The translations under genes and the position numbers were made by a program. From contig CAYJAA010000001.1 in the NCBI GenBank assembly GCA_964368185.1, positions 13,959-67,924 of the forward strand: a stretch of DNA of 53,966 nt. Direction: 5' to 3'. This document shows, in pieces, positions 53,800 to 53,966 of this stretch. The notes beneath the pieces were generated by a model, which did not search any database, was not told the origin of the DNA, and saw nothing but the letters and a program-made list of their open reading frames with translations. Positions within the stretch are counted from its first letter, which is position 1; every line of letters starts with the position of its first letter. Source of the stretch: an uncultured Lachnospiraceae bacterium. Lineage in GTDB: Bacteria > Bacillota > Clostridia > Eubacteriales > Anaerofustaceae.

Positions 53800-53904
53800 G
53801 AAACTCTATAATCTAAAAGAAAAAGGAATGGTGTAATCCATTCCTTTTATTTATATATTTCTATCCTTTTATGAAGTAATCTATGTTCTTTTGCTATCAA
53901 AAAA
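53800..53904 (-). repeat. Partial copy D of the intergenic repeat (terminal module only, - orientation)
   Basis: Nearly identical to the reverse complement of 772..876. The hairpin is ggaatggtgtaatccattcc and the palindrome is degenerate (gttcttttgctatcaaaa). Confidence 0.7.
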
Positions 53905-53924
53905 AAGTTATTTTTTTCTTAAAA

Positions 53925-53966
53925 AAGTAGCTTTTATATAAAAAAAAGAATGCCTCTTGCCATTCC
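53925..53966 (+). repeat. Start of another terminal-module copy (+ orientation), truncated by the window end
   Basis: cttttatataaaaaaaagaatgcctcttgccattcc resembles cttatatataaaaaaaaggaatggcaaaagccattcc in copy C. Confidence 0.4.

Overview
This window is AT-rich chromosomal DNA from a low-GC Firmicute, probably an anaerobic member of the Clostridia. That guess rests on rubrerythrin, desulfoferrodoxin, hybrid-cluster protein, and the tilS-hpt-ftsH, recF-gyrB-gyrA and recG-rsmD-coaD gene orders. About three quarters of it is ordinary housekeeping sequence: an FMN-riboswitch-controlled ribU, an oxidative-stress pair (dfx, rbr), an EF-G paralog, ftsH/hpt/tilS, recF/gyrB/gyrA, coaD/rsmD/recG/yloV/asp23, guaBA, a Crp-family regulator with ferredoxin-hcp, and an ilvBNCDA-ridA operon. 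The accessory part is a roughly 14 kb defence island (27.9-42.1 kb) between guaA and the hcp regulator. It holds an HNH nuclease with a small upstream ORF. It also holds a type I R-M operon expanded to nine tightly coupled genes: half-size hsdS, hsdM, an Abi_C/HEPN-like gene, full hsdS, a DUF2971-like gene, hsdR, an M48/DUF45 peptidase, a DUF2130 protein with a nuclease-like motif, and a Cys/His-rich unknown. A DUF262/DUF1524 (GmrSD-like) gene closes the island. I saw no integrase, transposase, CRISPR array, tRNA or rRNA. Other points worth a second look: a modular, hairpin-rich intergenic repeat of about 270 nt, present in 3 full and 2 partial copies in both orientations, with compensatory substitutions. 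The ilv operon appears to be controlled by a Leu/Val/Ile-rich leader peptide with a terminator and a near-consensus CodY box, not by a T-box. There is a perfect palindrome upstream of hcp, and a repeat-containing Cys-rich protein that seems to need a non-canonical (ATT) start codon. All calls come from reading the sequence and translations. No database searches were run.
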